DNA of 60,000 nucleotides from Callorhinchus milii. Lineage: Eukaryota. The notes below the pieces were generated by a model. The model searched no databases and was not told the origin of the DNA. It saw only the letters and a program-made list of their open reading frames with translations. The DNA lies in assembly GCF_018977255.1 (NCBI RefSeq), contig NW_024704743.1, forward strand, positions 97,404,001-97,464,000, read 5' to 3'. Shown here piece by piece: positions 36,540 to 48,737 of this stretch; the first letter of the stretch is position 1, and the number at the start of each line of letters is the position of its first letter. Both the position numbers and the translations under genes were made by a program.

Positions 36540-37252
36540 CATTAGCACAGTCAATAGCTCTCTCAAAAGGTTGTGGGTTCAAGCCCAAATAATAATAATA
36601 ATAATAATCCTTGCATTTGATATAGCGCTTTCAAAGTTGGGACTTCAAACTCATATATTGTTAGGCTAACACTCCAGTGCAGTGCTGGGTTATCGGTTAA
36701 CTAAGTTATCGGAGGTGCTGTCCTCCAGATGAAATGTTAAGCAGAGTCTGCCTGTTCATGTGGATATTAAAGATCAAAATAATAATAATAATAATAATCC
36801 TTGCAGTTGATATGGCGCTTTTCACGTCTTCTGGATGTCCCAAAGCGCTTCACAGAGTATACTGTAAAGTGAATTGACTGTATATTTGTGGGCGAATGCG
36901 GCAGCCAATTGCGCACAGCAATGTCCCACAGACAGTCGTGGATTGAAAATGACCAATTTATTATTGTTTTGTTTTTTTGGAGGGATTACTATTATTAGAA
37001 CTAGAACTTATTATTATTATAAAATGGTACTATTTGAAAGAAAAGGAAGTTTCTCCTGGTGCCCTGGCAAACAATTCTCCAAATAAATTCTGTCATTCGC
37101 TTTATGGCTGTTTATGGGACAATGCTGTGTGCAAATTGGCTGCCGTGTTCACCCACAAAATATGCAGTCACTGCACTTTACAGTAAAATTCTGTGAAGCA
37201 CTTTGAGACATTTTGATGATACTCATATATGCTTTATCAAGTGCAAGGATTA
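36540..37252 (+). mobile_element. Old Deu-SINE hit twice by the young SINE (tail-only insert ~36589-36630; truncated copy ~36778-36996, both minus strand)
   Basis: Head (ggttgtgggttcaagccc), Deu core and tail are collinear once the two (AAT)n-ccttgca inserts are removed. Confidence 0.82.
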
Positions 37253-39029
37253 TTTTATTTCTTGCTGCGAAACCATGAAGATACCTTCACACAGATGTGT
37301 TTGTGTTAGTATTTCTTAGTCTTGAAGAAGACTCGGGTTTCCTATGTAAACTGTTGTCTAATAAAACTGGTGGCAAATTCAGCAGTGAGCTGGACCTAGA
37401 ATTTCCACTTGGTACTGAATACTTATCGTCTTTGACATTTGCAAACCCTTTAACATTTTGTCAAAAAGCTGCTTTTCAAACAGGTGTCCACCTATGGTTG
37501 ACATTTTCTTATTGAATTCTCTTGTGTATCCAGCTGTCCCAAGTGCCATGCGTACAAAGAAGTCATTACAAAGAAAACTGTAAAGGAATGTTAATCTAGG
37601 TTTCAGAGTATTGAAGGAGATTTAAAAACTTCTTTCTCAACCAATCCCTTTGCAGTTTCTGACAGTCATTAGAGTTAAGATTCAATTCCTGTTGGAATGC
37701 TTTCACATTTGACTTCTCAGGTTAAACATTTTGATTCACATGGTTACACGCAAACTTGTAGACTTCTTTATATAAGGAAATACTTGAGGGAGTGGCGTAT
37801 TGAGTCAGGAAAACAGTAATTCTGTTATTGCTACCAGAATAGTAATTCTCTAGTAAAAAAATACTGTATTTTTTTAAAAATAGTCTGGATAGTGCAAAAT
37901 GGGGTCAACTTTCCTTTGGAAATATGGGAATTTTGCTCTGATGCAGTTTACTTCCAAAGAAGTTTTTGAAGGTTGTGTGATTTTATTCATGAATCCCGTT
38001 AATAAATAAGGCAAATAGGTCCCCAATGTGGGGTCCAATTTGTGTTATTTCTTCATAGGATTCCTTAATATCAAAACACATCCTTTATTTTGTATTCTAG
38101 ATTGACCTTTTCAGAAATTACAGAATATCAACAAGAGAATATCTATTACACTGTTGGAATATTGGTTCTTAGGTCCTGAGCAGTGTAGCATTACAGAGAA
38201 GTATTTTTATGTACTGTGAGTGAGAAATGATTGTATGACGATTGACTTATTAATCGTGTAACTGAAAGCTTGTATTTATTTCTCAGGAACAATTGTTTTG
38301 CATTCTTCACTTCAGGTAGTTGTTTACAGGAATGCATGCATAACTCAGGAACAAGTGTTTTGAGATTGGGCAAAATAGCCCATCAGTTCTGCTGCTTCCT
38401 CCACCATATTAAATCTACCCAACCATGAACAACACTCGACCTACGCTACCTCCCATGGGAACGTTCTTCATGGATACTACTTGGTAAATCTCATCATAAT
38501 CAACGAGCTTTTGTAAAATAAATAATAATACATGCATTTGATATGGTGCTTTATCATGTCACAAGACGTCTCAAAGCACTTCACTCAAAGGATATAAATG
38601 TAAAGTGGTATGATTGTGTGTATTATGTGGGCGAGATTCATCCATTCCCTTTTCTCCACAGCAAAGAAACAATTGTGTATCAAGGAAGTGTTCCTCTCAA
38701 TCCATGCCTATCGTATATCCTCTAATAGTACTGGTCACAAAATAAGAATGTATTCAGGTATGTTTTAAAAGAGTTAATCGCTGCAGAATCAACAGCTATT
38801 GTTAACACTTGGTAAATTTCAGGGTTTGTGCTTGTTGTTAACCTCCTCTCTAATCCTCTCCCTCCCTCCCAGATGGAGCTCCCACTCAGTCTTTTTAAAG
38901 CACTTTTGAGAGATTCTCCCTAAGTGAAAGGCACTATATAAAAATAAATTGTTGTTATTAAAAATGACAGTGGGCAAATTACTGGAATCTATCATTGGGA
39001 CAGAATAACTGATCATCTGGATAAATATG

Positions 39030-40450
39030 CGCAGATCAGGAGAGTCAACATGGGTTTGTGAAGGGTGGAGCATTGTCTCACAAATCTAATCTATGATACA
39101 ACCACAGAGGTAATAGGTAAAGGAGGATTGATGGATGTCATTCATATGGATTTTTAGAAAGCATTTGACAAATTGCCACAAACAATTATCTAAAATGAAG
39201 GCACATGGAGTTGAAGGTAATATTGTGCCATGAATAGGAAATTGTTTAGGAGATAGGAGGCAGAGAAAAGGGATTAAACGAATAATTCTCTCGTTGGCAG
39301 GTAGTGATATATGGCGGAATGCACTTGGAACGGAAGAATAATGGTTGGGAGTGGTGTTCTAAATGATGAAGCTGTAAAAGGGGTAGATGAACAGATATAT
39401 TCAGGGGTTCAAGGTCATCATCATTAAAATCTAATTCACGGGTGCAGTAAGCAGTCAATACAGCAAACAGAACCCTGACATTTATGGCAAGAGGCTGAAA
39501 TATAAAAGTAAGGAGATGCTTCTCCAGTAATATAGAGTGCTGGTCAGAACTCATTTGGAATACTGCATTCAGTTTGGGCCCCAATCGTACAAAGGATATA
39601 ACCACAGAACCTTGGAGGATAGTCATTGATGGTTCACTAGATTTATAACTGAACCTGTAGACCTTGGCTTTAATGGAAAATTTGGTAGACTGGGGTTGTA
39701 TTTCTTAGAGCAGAGGAGATTAAGCGGTGATTTGATTGTGGTAATGAAAGGAATTGACAGGTTAGAAATCGGATGATTCTTCCCTTTGGTAGTGAGATCT
39801 GTTACCAGGGGGCATAGCCTTAAAATCAGTGAAGGTAATTAGAACTGAGGTCTGGAAGCATTTCTTTACACAGGGTTGTGAAAATGTAGAATGCTTTGCC
39901 CCAGAAAGCTGTAGGAGTGAAATCAATAGAGCTGTTGAAGAGAGAGAGAGAAAGATACTTGGGTAATAATAATAATAATAATAATCCTTGCATTTGATAT
40001 AGCGCTTTTCACGTCAGGAGGATGTCCCAAAGCGCTTCACAGAACACACTGTAAAGTGAATTGACTGTATATTTGTGGGCGAAGGCGGCAGCCAATTGCG
40101 CACAGTGAGGTCCCACAAACAGTCGTAGATTGAAAATGACCAATTTATTATTGTTTTGTTTTTTTGGAGGGATTATTATTAGGCGTGTGGAGTAAGGAAA
40201 CTTGCCCAAGGTTTCGCCCTGACTGGAATTGAACTCAGGTCTCTCGCTTGCAAAGCGAGTGCTCTAACCACTGAGCTACAGGACTCCACATGGGTAGGTG
40301 AGGTAATAAGGACTGTGACGAAAAGGTGTCATATCCCTTATTACCTCTACAACTCAAAGGATTAAAAATTGGGATTGAAAGATTTGATGAGATCTAATGA
40401 ACTAGAAACAGGCGCAATGGGTTGAAAGGCTCCTCCGGTTTCTATTTTCC
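39030..40450 (+). mobile_element. CR1 LINE RT/3' region, decayed, interrupted by a SINE
   Basis: atggatttttagaaagcatttgacaa (DF.KAFD), tggtcagaactcatttggaatactgcattcagttt, CR1 C-terminus and 3' UTR. Confidence 0.85.
39966..40290 (-). mobile_element. Young tRNA-derived SINE, full length
   Basis: TSD TGGGTA (39960-39965, 40291-40296). Confidence 0.95.
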
Positions 40451-40964
40451 TGTGTCTAACTTAAAACTGAATTTAAGCATTTTCCAAAATTCTTCACAGT
40501 TTTAAATTTAAAGACAATGGTCTTAAGCCTATGGCATAATTCCCCCTCCCCCAAAAAATGTTCTAGGAAATGTTCATTTTTGTTCCTAATACGTGATGGG
40601 TAGATACTGATCTAATGAGGATTTGTCAACGTTGTAACATAGAATGCACTCTTTAGATATACAGGGAATTAATTATATGTTGCCACACTGATGAGATTAC
40701 TCTTGTATGAAAGCATTCCCATTGGGGAGCCATCCTGTGTGCTGGTATCTCTTGCTTCAAAAAAAAATATGGAGCTGAGCAGAAAGTGAGGAAACTGCAA
40801 AAGCACATTGGCTATAGCAATGGACTGACCCAAACCAGAACTGTCCTACAATGTGGCCAGTGTGGTCCCTACATTGAGATCATCAGTTCCTAGTGGATTC
40901 GCTAGAGAATCTGAGAAAGATCTGGTAATTGTACCCCTTGTGTTTGATATATTGGGTTCTTACA

Positions 40965-41255
40965 TTGAAATATCTCAAAGCTCATCATAGGAAATGATTT
41001 GCAAATGCAGTGATTGTTTTTGTAGGACAATGCGGCATATATTTTGCACATAGTAAGATCCTACAAACAACCCTGACCAAGTAAACTGGAGGATTGTTGG
41101 ACAGGACACTAGGAGCAACTCCATTCTCTTTCTGTCTAGTGTCATGGGATATTTAATGACCACAAGAACAGGCAGATAGGATCTTGGTTTAATGTCTCTT
41201 CCGAAAGATGGTGTCTCCTACAAAGTCATGCTCCTCTAAAACTGCTCGGGAAAAT
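40965..41255 (-). mobile_element. Old Deu-SINE fragment
   Basis: tagtgtcatgggatatttaatgaccac...acaggcagataggatcttggtttaatgtctcttccgaaagatggtg. Confidence 0.65.
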
Positions 41256-43932
41256 CAGTCTCTAGACTATAGTCAATCAACTTTCACATGAGGAGCTAGC
41301 AATGTATATATCATGATTAGGTTCTTGTATGTTTCGGTCCTAAAACAATTCTGATTTAATGGTCCAATGGCCTGTTTCTTTGCTGTCATATACTGTGATT
41401 AATAACTCAATATCAACTGCTATATGTATCTCATATGGTTCAATACCAGCTCTGAATATATTTTGTATATTGCATTTAAGCTCTCAAATGTATTGTGCTG
41501 TCTCAGTATCAGCATGTGTATTTGCTGTGTAGAAATGTGCCCACCCTTGCATGTTCTGGGCACACAGTGTTGTACTGGAGAAACAGGCTGAACAAGTTGT
41601 CCATCTGCCACAGTTAAAGTGGTGGCTTTTGAGGGCGGACTGTGTTGGTAATGGAGAAGCCTATTTAGTATCCATGAAGGATGCACCCACTGTGTATACA
41701 GTGAGAATTCAGATTTCTTCAGGGCTGAGCTTCACATTTTGTCCTGGACTATTGAAATCCAGCACTTACATACTAGCAATGGTGAATCTAAAGTTTGAAT
41801 CCCAGTCCTGCTACTTACTATGCGTGTGCCCTTGGACCATCAGGGGACGCAGATGCATCTCCACACTAAACTGCTAAGGATTATAAATGCGTCCTCACCT
41901 TGACATGACTGAATTGTTGCAGCCACTCCACCAGATCAGCCCACCGCGAGGGAAAACTCAGTCACACTAATCACTGGGCTGACAGAACAAACACACAGAC
42001 AACTAGGAAGACAGGTGAGGGAAGCTTCCCAATGGACAATCAAGCAGCAGGAAAATCATTTTAAGTTCAAGAAATGTAATTCATTTTATGAATGTCCTTA
42101 TCTTTATTCCTGCATTAGTAGAGCTTACCTGCCATAATGTGAAGAGATTTACAATACTGGAGAGATTCTGTGTTTCTGTGTTCATGTGTTTGTTTCTGTG
42201 TGTGTTTGTGTGAGATGGCACAATCAAATTTTATCTCACCAGTACACCTAAACAATCATTCACTCTCACAGGCAGAATATTCACTCCATTTCCCAATACA
42301 ACAGTCACCACACTTTAAATTAGCATCCACTGCGTGTTAGGCAGCTAAATTCTTCACCTGACGTCACTGAATATTCAAATAACCATAGAAACATTCAAAG
42401 TGCCTCTTTTCATTGTTACTAAAGAACCAATCACATACTTTGTCCATTTGTTTTAATATTATTATAATGTGGCCCTGTGCAGAACACTGAAATCGGGCCC
42501 AACCTGAATGAAGTGGCAAGTATAAATCAGGATTACACCTGGCACATTGCTCCATTGGGAGTTAACTCCATTTTACATTTAGTAGACACATTTACTCCGT
42601 TTTTGTTTAGTAAAAGACCACGATTCCTGAATGGAATGTGAGGTCAGGGTACAGAACGTTGTTGGGGGATGGGGTGCAATTCCTATTCTACCCTTTAAGA
42701 ATTTCCAATTTGGAGCCGCTTGTTAGATCTCACCCATTGGGAGCAAAGCCTCCAGCAATTATAAACACAGCAATGTTGTGTGCAGCACTTTAAGACACTT
42801 CAAGACACAAACTGTTTTAAAGATGCTATATCAAATGCAAGGATTATTATTAGTAGTAGTATTAAGTGTCAATGGGCAGTAAACCAGATATAAGTGTTAT
42901 TTACAGTATTCTCCCAGAGGTATAGAGAAACAAAACATACCCGTGAAAATAATTTTACTTCGGATAGCAGTGTGATGGCTGTTAGTTCCTCCCGACTCTT
43001 TTGCTGGACTTTTCCACAGTAGGTTGGCTCTGGATCTGTTGCCCAGGTCAGTACCAATACAGAAAAGCAAAGATTGCTTGCAAGTAAGATAGCATTTTAC
43101 AAATATACTGCATTTATTTACTTTGAACAGGAAGTACTTCCCCTTAATGCAAATTGTATCTAATTTTCATTTCCTTTCTGGTTTGTGGGTATTTGTGTAT
43201 TTGTGGGGGAAGAATATGTTTCTAGAAACATACAAGGCATTGATTCGGTGGATGCAGAAATTATTTTAGCTACTTCTTACCTCATATACTACAAAAGGTA
43301 ATGTGGAATAGCCCATGTTTTGTGGAAGGCAAATGAAAGCCTGAATGCCATTAAATTGTTGTTCAGAATAAGAAGTTTAAATGGCTTATTATAATAATAA
43401 TTCTTGCATTTAATATAGTGTCTTTCAGGGAGTCTCAAAGTGCTGCACACGAGTTTACTTCAGAATGTAGTGACTGTTTTGTAGAGATGGTGGAAATATG
43501 AGTAGGTTATGTTTGGGTTAAAACACTTACCTTTGATCCCTGTCACCTTTGGATTTGAAACTAATATTGGCAGATAGCATGACTGTCTTCTCCCCTGACA
43601 GCTGTAAGAGTCATCAGGGGCATTTGTAAATCCAGTTATTGGCAATGTGTGGATCTACAGCACCAAGCTGTTCCTGTTTTGGCACCATTTTAGGTCCTTA
43701 GTACATACACTTTGAAACTTGCATTGTTGCCTCTCTAACATCTTTCAATAGAATTTTGGAGTCCTCTTGGCAAATCTGCAAAGCCGTGTGTTTTGAATGA
43801 AAGTAGGATCGTGAAGTGCATGGATGAAAATGAAGCTCAATCTTTTGAAGCTGAGTGAATTAATTTCCTCCCCATATCATTGCTGAGTTCTGACGAGGGG
43901 TTCTACCCAATGTTAACCTGACTACTTTCTCT

Positions 43933-44052
43933 TGGCTGCCGTGTTTCGCCCACAAATATATGGTCAATTCACTTTACAGCATATTCTGTGAAGCGCTTTG
44001 AGACGTCTAGAAGACATGAAAAGCGCAATATCAAATGCAAGGATTATTATTA
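43933..44052 (+). mobile_element. Young SINE 3' fragment inserted in a degraded Penelope-like pLTR (~43885-44088)
   Basis: ttggctgccgtgtttcgcccacaaat...gacgtctagaagacatg...ggattattatt. The flanks gagttctgacgagggg and gacctgcaaagcatttccagc resemble the units at 46716 and 53170. Confidence 0.8.
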
Positions 44053-46214
44053 TTTTTGAAGCTTATTGACCTGCAAAGCATTTCCAGCTGGTATTCTAGT
44101 GTTCCTTAAAGGGTAGAAATTATTCTGAGGATTTGCAGAGAGAGATTGGAGTCTTATCATTTCCTTATTAGGTTAACTTTCTTCAAAAGATTTACAAGTA
44201 ATACATGGTCATAGACTGATCGGAAATGGCAGGACCTTTGTGTTGATGTCCCTTCATTGATTCAGGGGCAGCCTTGTTTTGCAGCTGACACTTGATGAGC
44301 GTGCTCTCCGTGTGCAACAAGTGCAAGTCAGCTGTGGTTCCATTAAGTAGATATTGATGAGGTCCCTGATCACAGACATTGTGGCTCTCCAAACTCCCAT
44401 GACAGTCTGGACAGGGGTATCAGATAACCTGAATCTGGAGCTTTGTGATGACTGTGTGTCTCTCACAGCCGCAAAATAGCTGCAGTTGTTAAATGGAGAC
44501 CTGGCGTCTTGTTGCCTTTTGCCAAGTTGCATTGTATTTTAAACTACTTTGTCACCATTGTGCAATTTAAAAAAAAGAGGATTTGTATATTTCTTTAATG
44601 TTGAGTTTTAAACAGTGTTTTGGAGGGGAAGCAGCAATGTAAATGGAGCCTTGTACCAGTAAAAGCTCCTTGTGGTGTAAAGAGCATTTCCTCGGGGAAC
44701 TCTATGTATATCACACCAATCTGTGAAACTGGTCTTTGACCTCAGTATCGCCTTAGAATCTAGTTCCCATGTCTCAGCGTAATGTACATGGCTCCTCAGA
44801 ATATCTTGTGGATAGTAATTTTTTGTTCCTTCTGCAGGTTAAGTGATCTAGCATTCAATCATTCCGTAGTCGGTCAAATCAGTCACTTCAGGGCTCAGGT
44901 CCGCAAGTGATTTCCGTTGTGTGTCTGGGGCAGAGTGATGGTGGACACTGGTCATTTTAAATGCTGTAGCCCTGAATTAAGCAGTGAGTGAAGGAACGAG
45001 AATGGGCACATACACTTCTTTCAAAAATAGGCTGCTGCCTTCAGTTATCCTCCCGACTTGAAAGGCGCTATACAAATGTAATCTTGTTGTTGTATTAACC
45101 TTAGCGATGAGGTATAAGGTATAATCATTGGATTTGATATAGTGCCTTATCATATCGTTGAGTCGTCTCAAAGCGCTTAAAAGAATATACTGTAAAGTGT
45201 ATTGACTGTATTTTGTGAGCATTACTCACATGTCCAAGTGAAGTCCAGCATGCCCTGTCACAATCAGTTTGGACAGTTAATTACACTCTCATATCTGGGT
45301 CCAAGGGAAGTAGATTTGAAGTATCTCGGTTGATATGCCAGTGTAGTGCTGAGGAAATGTGTTGTAGATGTTGACCTTTGGAGTAGATGTTGAACCAGGA
45401 TATGGTTCAGATGGTAAACATTAACGTGATTAAAGATCCTGCAGCACCGTAGAAGAGCAGGGAGCTCTCCTGACCAATATTCCAGATTCCCGTTGAAAAC
45501 CCTGCTAAGTGTGGTAATACATCTTATTGCTCTTTCTCGGTTTTGCTGGTTCACAGCAGCTTTTTAACATATATTTCGACAGTTGGAGATAAGTGTGGTA
45601 CAATAGAATCTATCAGTGTAAGACTAGAGATACTATAGAGGTGTTTAACATATAACTACTTCAGGCCTTTTGTGGCACTGTGCTTAGGACCATTCACATT
45701 CAAGCTATTTATACAATAGGGTCCAAATCGTGGTGATTTCATTTAGTGTTTCTTGTTTATCCCTTTGCCTTTGTGAGCAATTGGCTTGTTGGCATCAACT
45801 TTGTTCATTTCCTTTATAATTTTCAAAAAAACTTCTATCAGATTACCTGTAAACCTTACTGTTTCATAATAGAATAGCCTCAACTTCTTCAACCTTCAAC
45901 CAGTTTAATCACCTTCATTGTTCATCTCTTTACTTTCTTAAAGTCAAAAATATTTTTAAAATACTTTGCTGTTTGGCAAGGTCACGTAAGTAGCCTCAAT
46001 ATTTGCTGATTCTTGTCTTTTCTGAGTTCCTTTTTGGACATGATAATCTGGACCCCCTGGAGATTCAATAACGTGCCCTGTGTCTGCTTTTCTGGTTCTC
46101 AAATATCTCTCAACTCCCAGTCCGAAGCTTCTTTGCAACTACATGTTCGACCAGGTTTCAACTCAGTTTTGTGACCCTCATATGATTAGCACTTACATTG
46201 AATATTTCTGCAGG

Positions 46215-46520
46215 AGAGGTGTGTAAAATTTTAAATGGGATTGAAAAAGTAAACCCAGGACAATACTTCATGATGCACCAAGAGGAGATAGGTTTAGAGT
46301 TACAAGGGGCAATTTCAGGACAGATACCAGGAAGTCTTTCTTTACCCAGAGGTTAATTAACAACTGGAACAGGTTACCAGGAAGGGTGGTTGATGCCAGG
46401 ACCCTGGACTCATTCAAAAAACAGCTTGATGCTGTGATTGGGGACAATAGATTTGGTATTTTGGAAGGATGAGATCAAACAGGTAAAGCGCCTTCTTCAT
46501 CCAAAGCAGTTTTGTGATTC
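46215..46520 (+). mobile_element. CR1 3' fragment
   Basis: Homologous to 33845-34070 (ggggcaatttcaggacag, ctggaacaggttaccagg, gactcattcaa). Confidence 0.8.
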
Positions 46521-46710
46521 CGTGAGGAATATGTGGACAGTAGGAATATATGCAAGAGTTTAGAAGACTTAAAGATACTTCATGTAAGTATGCAGTGCAA
46601 GTAGTACTTCTGCTGGCAGACACGTCAGACTGCTGTCTTTACATTTTGTACTTTTATGAATCCGCGAACTTTAATTTCATTCATTGGATGGTACTAACTG
46701 CTGTGTTATT

Positions 46711-47014
46711 GCTTTCTGACGAAGGGATGTGGACCCGAAATGTTGACTCACTTTCCTTTCTCCACAGATGCAGTCTGACCTGCTGAGTGTTCCCAGCGAC
46801 TTCTGTTTTTGTTTTCAGATTTCCAGCATCTGCAGTATTTTGTGTTTTGCTTACATTTAATTCACTGCCGCTTCTCTTCTAGGAATGCCTACGTTAAAGA
46901 AGTTTTGCTCTTCCCGCTGATGAAGGGTCTTGACCCTGAAACGTTGACTCGCTTTCCTTTCTCCATAGATGCTGTCTGACCTTCTGAGTGTTCCCAGTGA
47001 CTTCTGTTTTTGTT
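46711..47014 (+). mobile_element. Penelope-like pseudo-LTR, partial tandem arrangement with two minimal hammerhead-like cores
   Basis: Direct repeat of ~98 bp (46716.. and 46917..), each starting CTGAnGA-stem-GAAA. 12-bp TSD tgc(t/c)gtgttatt (46699-46710, 47015-47026). Confidence 0.72.
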
Positions 47015-47039
47015 TGCCGTGTTATTAATGATGGGCAGT

Positions 47040-47212
47040 CAAAGTTGAAAAACTGATTGAAGCTAAACAATTCTCTGTGGTTTTCCTATAAATCACTCAA
47101 GTTCTTTATTTCAAGGTCTGCAACTAGAGGAATATTTAAAGGTATTGTTAATAGCACATGGGACGTCCTCCCGACGTGAAAGGCGCTCTACAAATGGAAT
47201 CTTGTTGTTGTT
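47040..47212 (+). mobile_element. Chimeric insertion: inverted copy of 48875-48993 fused to an L2 3' tail
   Basis: 47039-47158 is the reverse complement of 48875-48994 with 1 mismatch. 47159-47212 is the L2 stem-loop plus (TTG)n. Both are bracketed by GGCAGT (47034-47039, 47213-47218). Confidence 0.85.
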
Positions 47213-48423
47213 GGCAGTATTTTCACAGGGTCTAACTCCACAAAATCAGCAAAACATAAATCTGCAGAAATCTAGTAAGTACAGTATTTTGGAAACGTGA
47301 TGCGAGTCTCACTGCCTTTTCTACACATGCCTCTTTTTATCCTTATTAATAAAACAAAAGCTGGCACATTTGGGCCTCAGATTCAATTAACCTGCCTGAA
47401 TATAGATGAGTTTGTGTTTGCTCATTACAGCATCTTGGAGCTAATTGGTTGCTGAGCCCTATCGGGTTTGAATCTGAGATGCAGTTACGAGCAGTAATAT
47501 TGCAAAACATTCTCCAAAAAAGAAAAGCCTTTCAGCATATTGATTGTCTACAACACAGAATGACTGCTCCACTTTGTCTTGTACTAATGTATCATTGTGT
47601 TTTGGTTCCGATCAGTACAAATTTGCTTGTTTCTGTTGGTTTAGTGAATGACAGACATTAAATCGTTTCCCAGCAGTACTGCCAGTAATAACTGTGCCCC
47701 TCCACTGCATACTGTGAAACCAGTTCCAGTATCGAACCTGTATTTGTTGAAAGGCAACTACATCTATCACCCATCCAGTCTTTAAATCTTCTCCCAGCCA
47801 TTCATATCGAGTTGACCTGTTAGTGTGCCTGAGCAAAGAACACTAATATTGTTTTCTGAATCCTGCATATGGCATCCATAAATCTGGTGAAGAGGATTCT
47901 TAGTACTTCATACAACTATCTTCTCTCATCAGTGTTGCATGGAAATTCTTCCAGGATAGTTTGATTCAGTACCTTGCATTTCCTTTAGCTTCACTATTGG
48001 GTTTGAGTGAAGCTATCAGAATCAGATGGCCATCTGCCACTTCACAAACAAATTTTAAAGCAAAGCAAAGACTGCCGAGCAGCCATCTGAAACTGACAGT
48101 GTCATTGAAACAGCTGATCCTGCTGTTCTAGAACATTTTACTGTCTCTAGCTAATCTAACTCAGTGCACCAGTACCAATGCTTGAATGGCTTTTCTTCAG
48201 TATATTGTGTAGTTAATGTGCCTTCCTGCAGTTAGTTGGAGAAAAACAAGAGTTTTGCCCTGAAATTGCCTCAGATAGGATTATTCCTTAACTGTGCATA
48301 TGGGATGAAATATGCAACATTTCCACACAGATTCAATGTGCTAATTAACATATTGAATCTGTTAGAACATTTCATATATTTGACCTTGTAATCTAAAAAG
48401 AACATATCAAAGATTTTCCTAGC

Positions 48424-48737
48424 AATAATAATAATAATCCTTGCATTTGATATAGCGCTTTTCACGTCTTCTAGAAGTCCCAAAGCGCTTCACAGAATAT
48501 ACTGTAAAGTGAATTGACTGTGTATTTGTGGGAGAATGTGGCAGCCAATTGCGTACAGCAGTGTCCCACAAACAGTCATAGATCGAAAATCACTAATTTA
48601 TTATTGTTTTGTTTTGGAGGGATTATTATTAGGTGTGTGGAGTAAGGAAACTTGCCCAAGGTTTCGCCCTGCCTGGAATTGAACCCAGGTGTCTCACTTG
48701 CAAAGCAAGTGCTCTAACCACTGAGCTACAGGACTCC
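48424..48737 (-). mobile_element. Young tRNA-derived SINE, full length
   Basis: Collinear with the other full-length copies. Confidence 0.93.
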
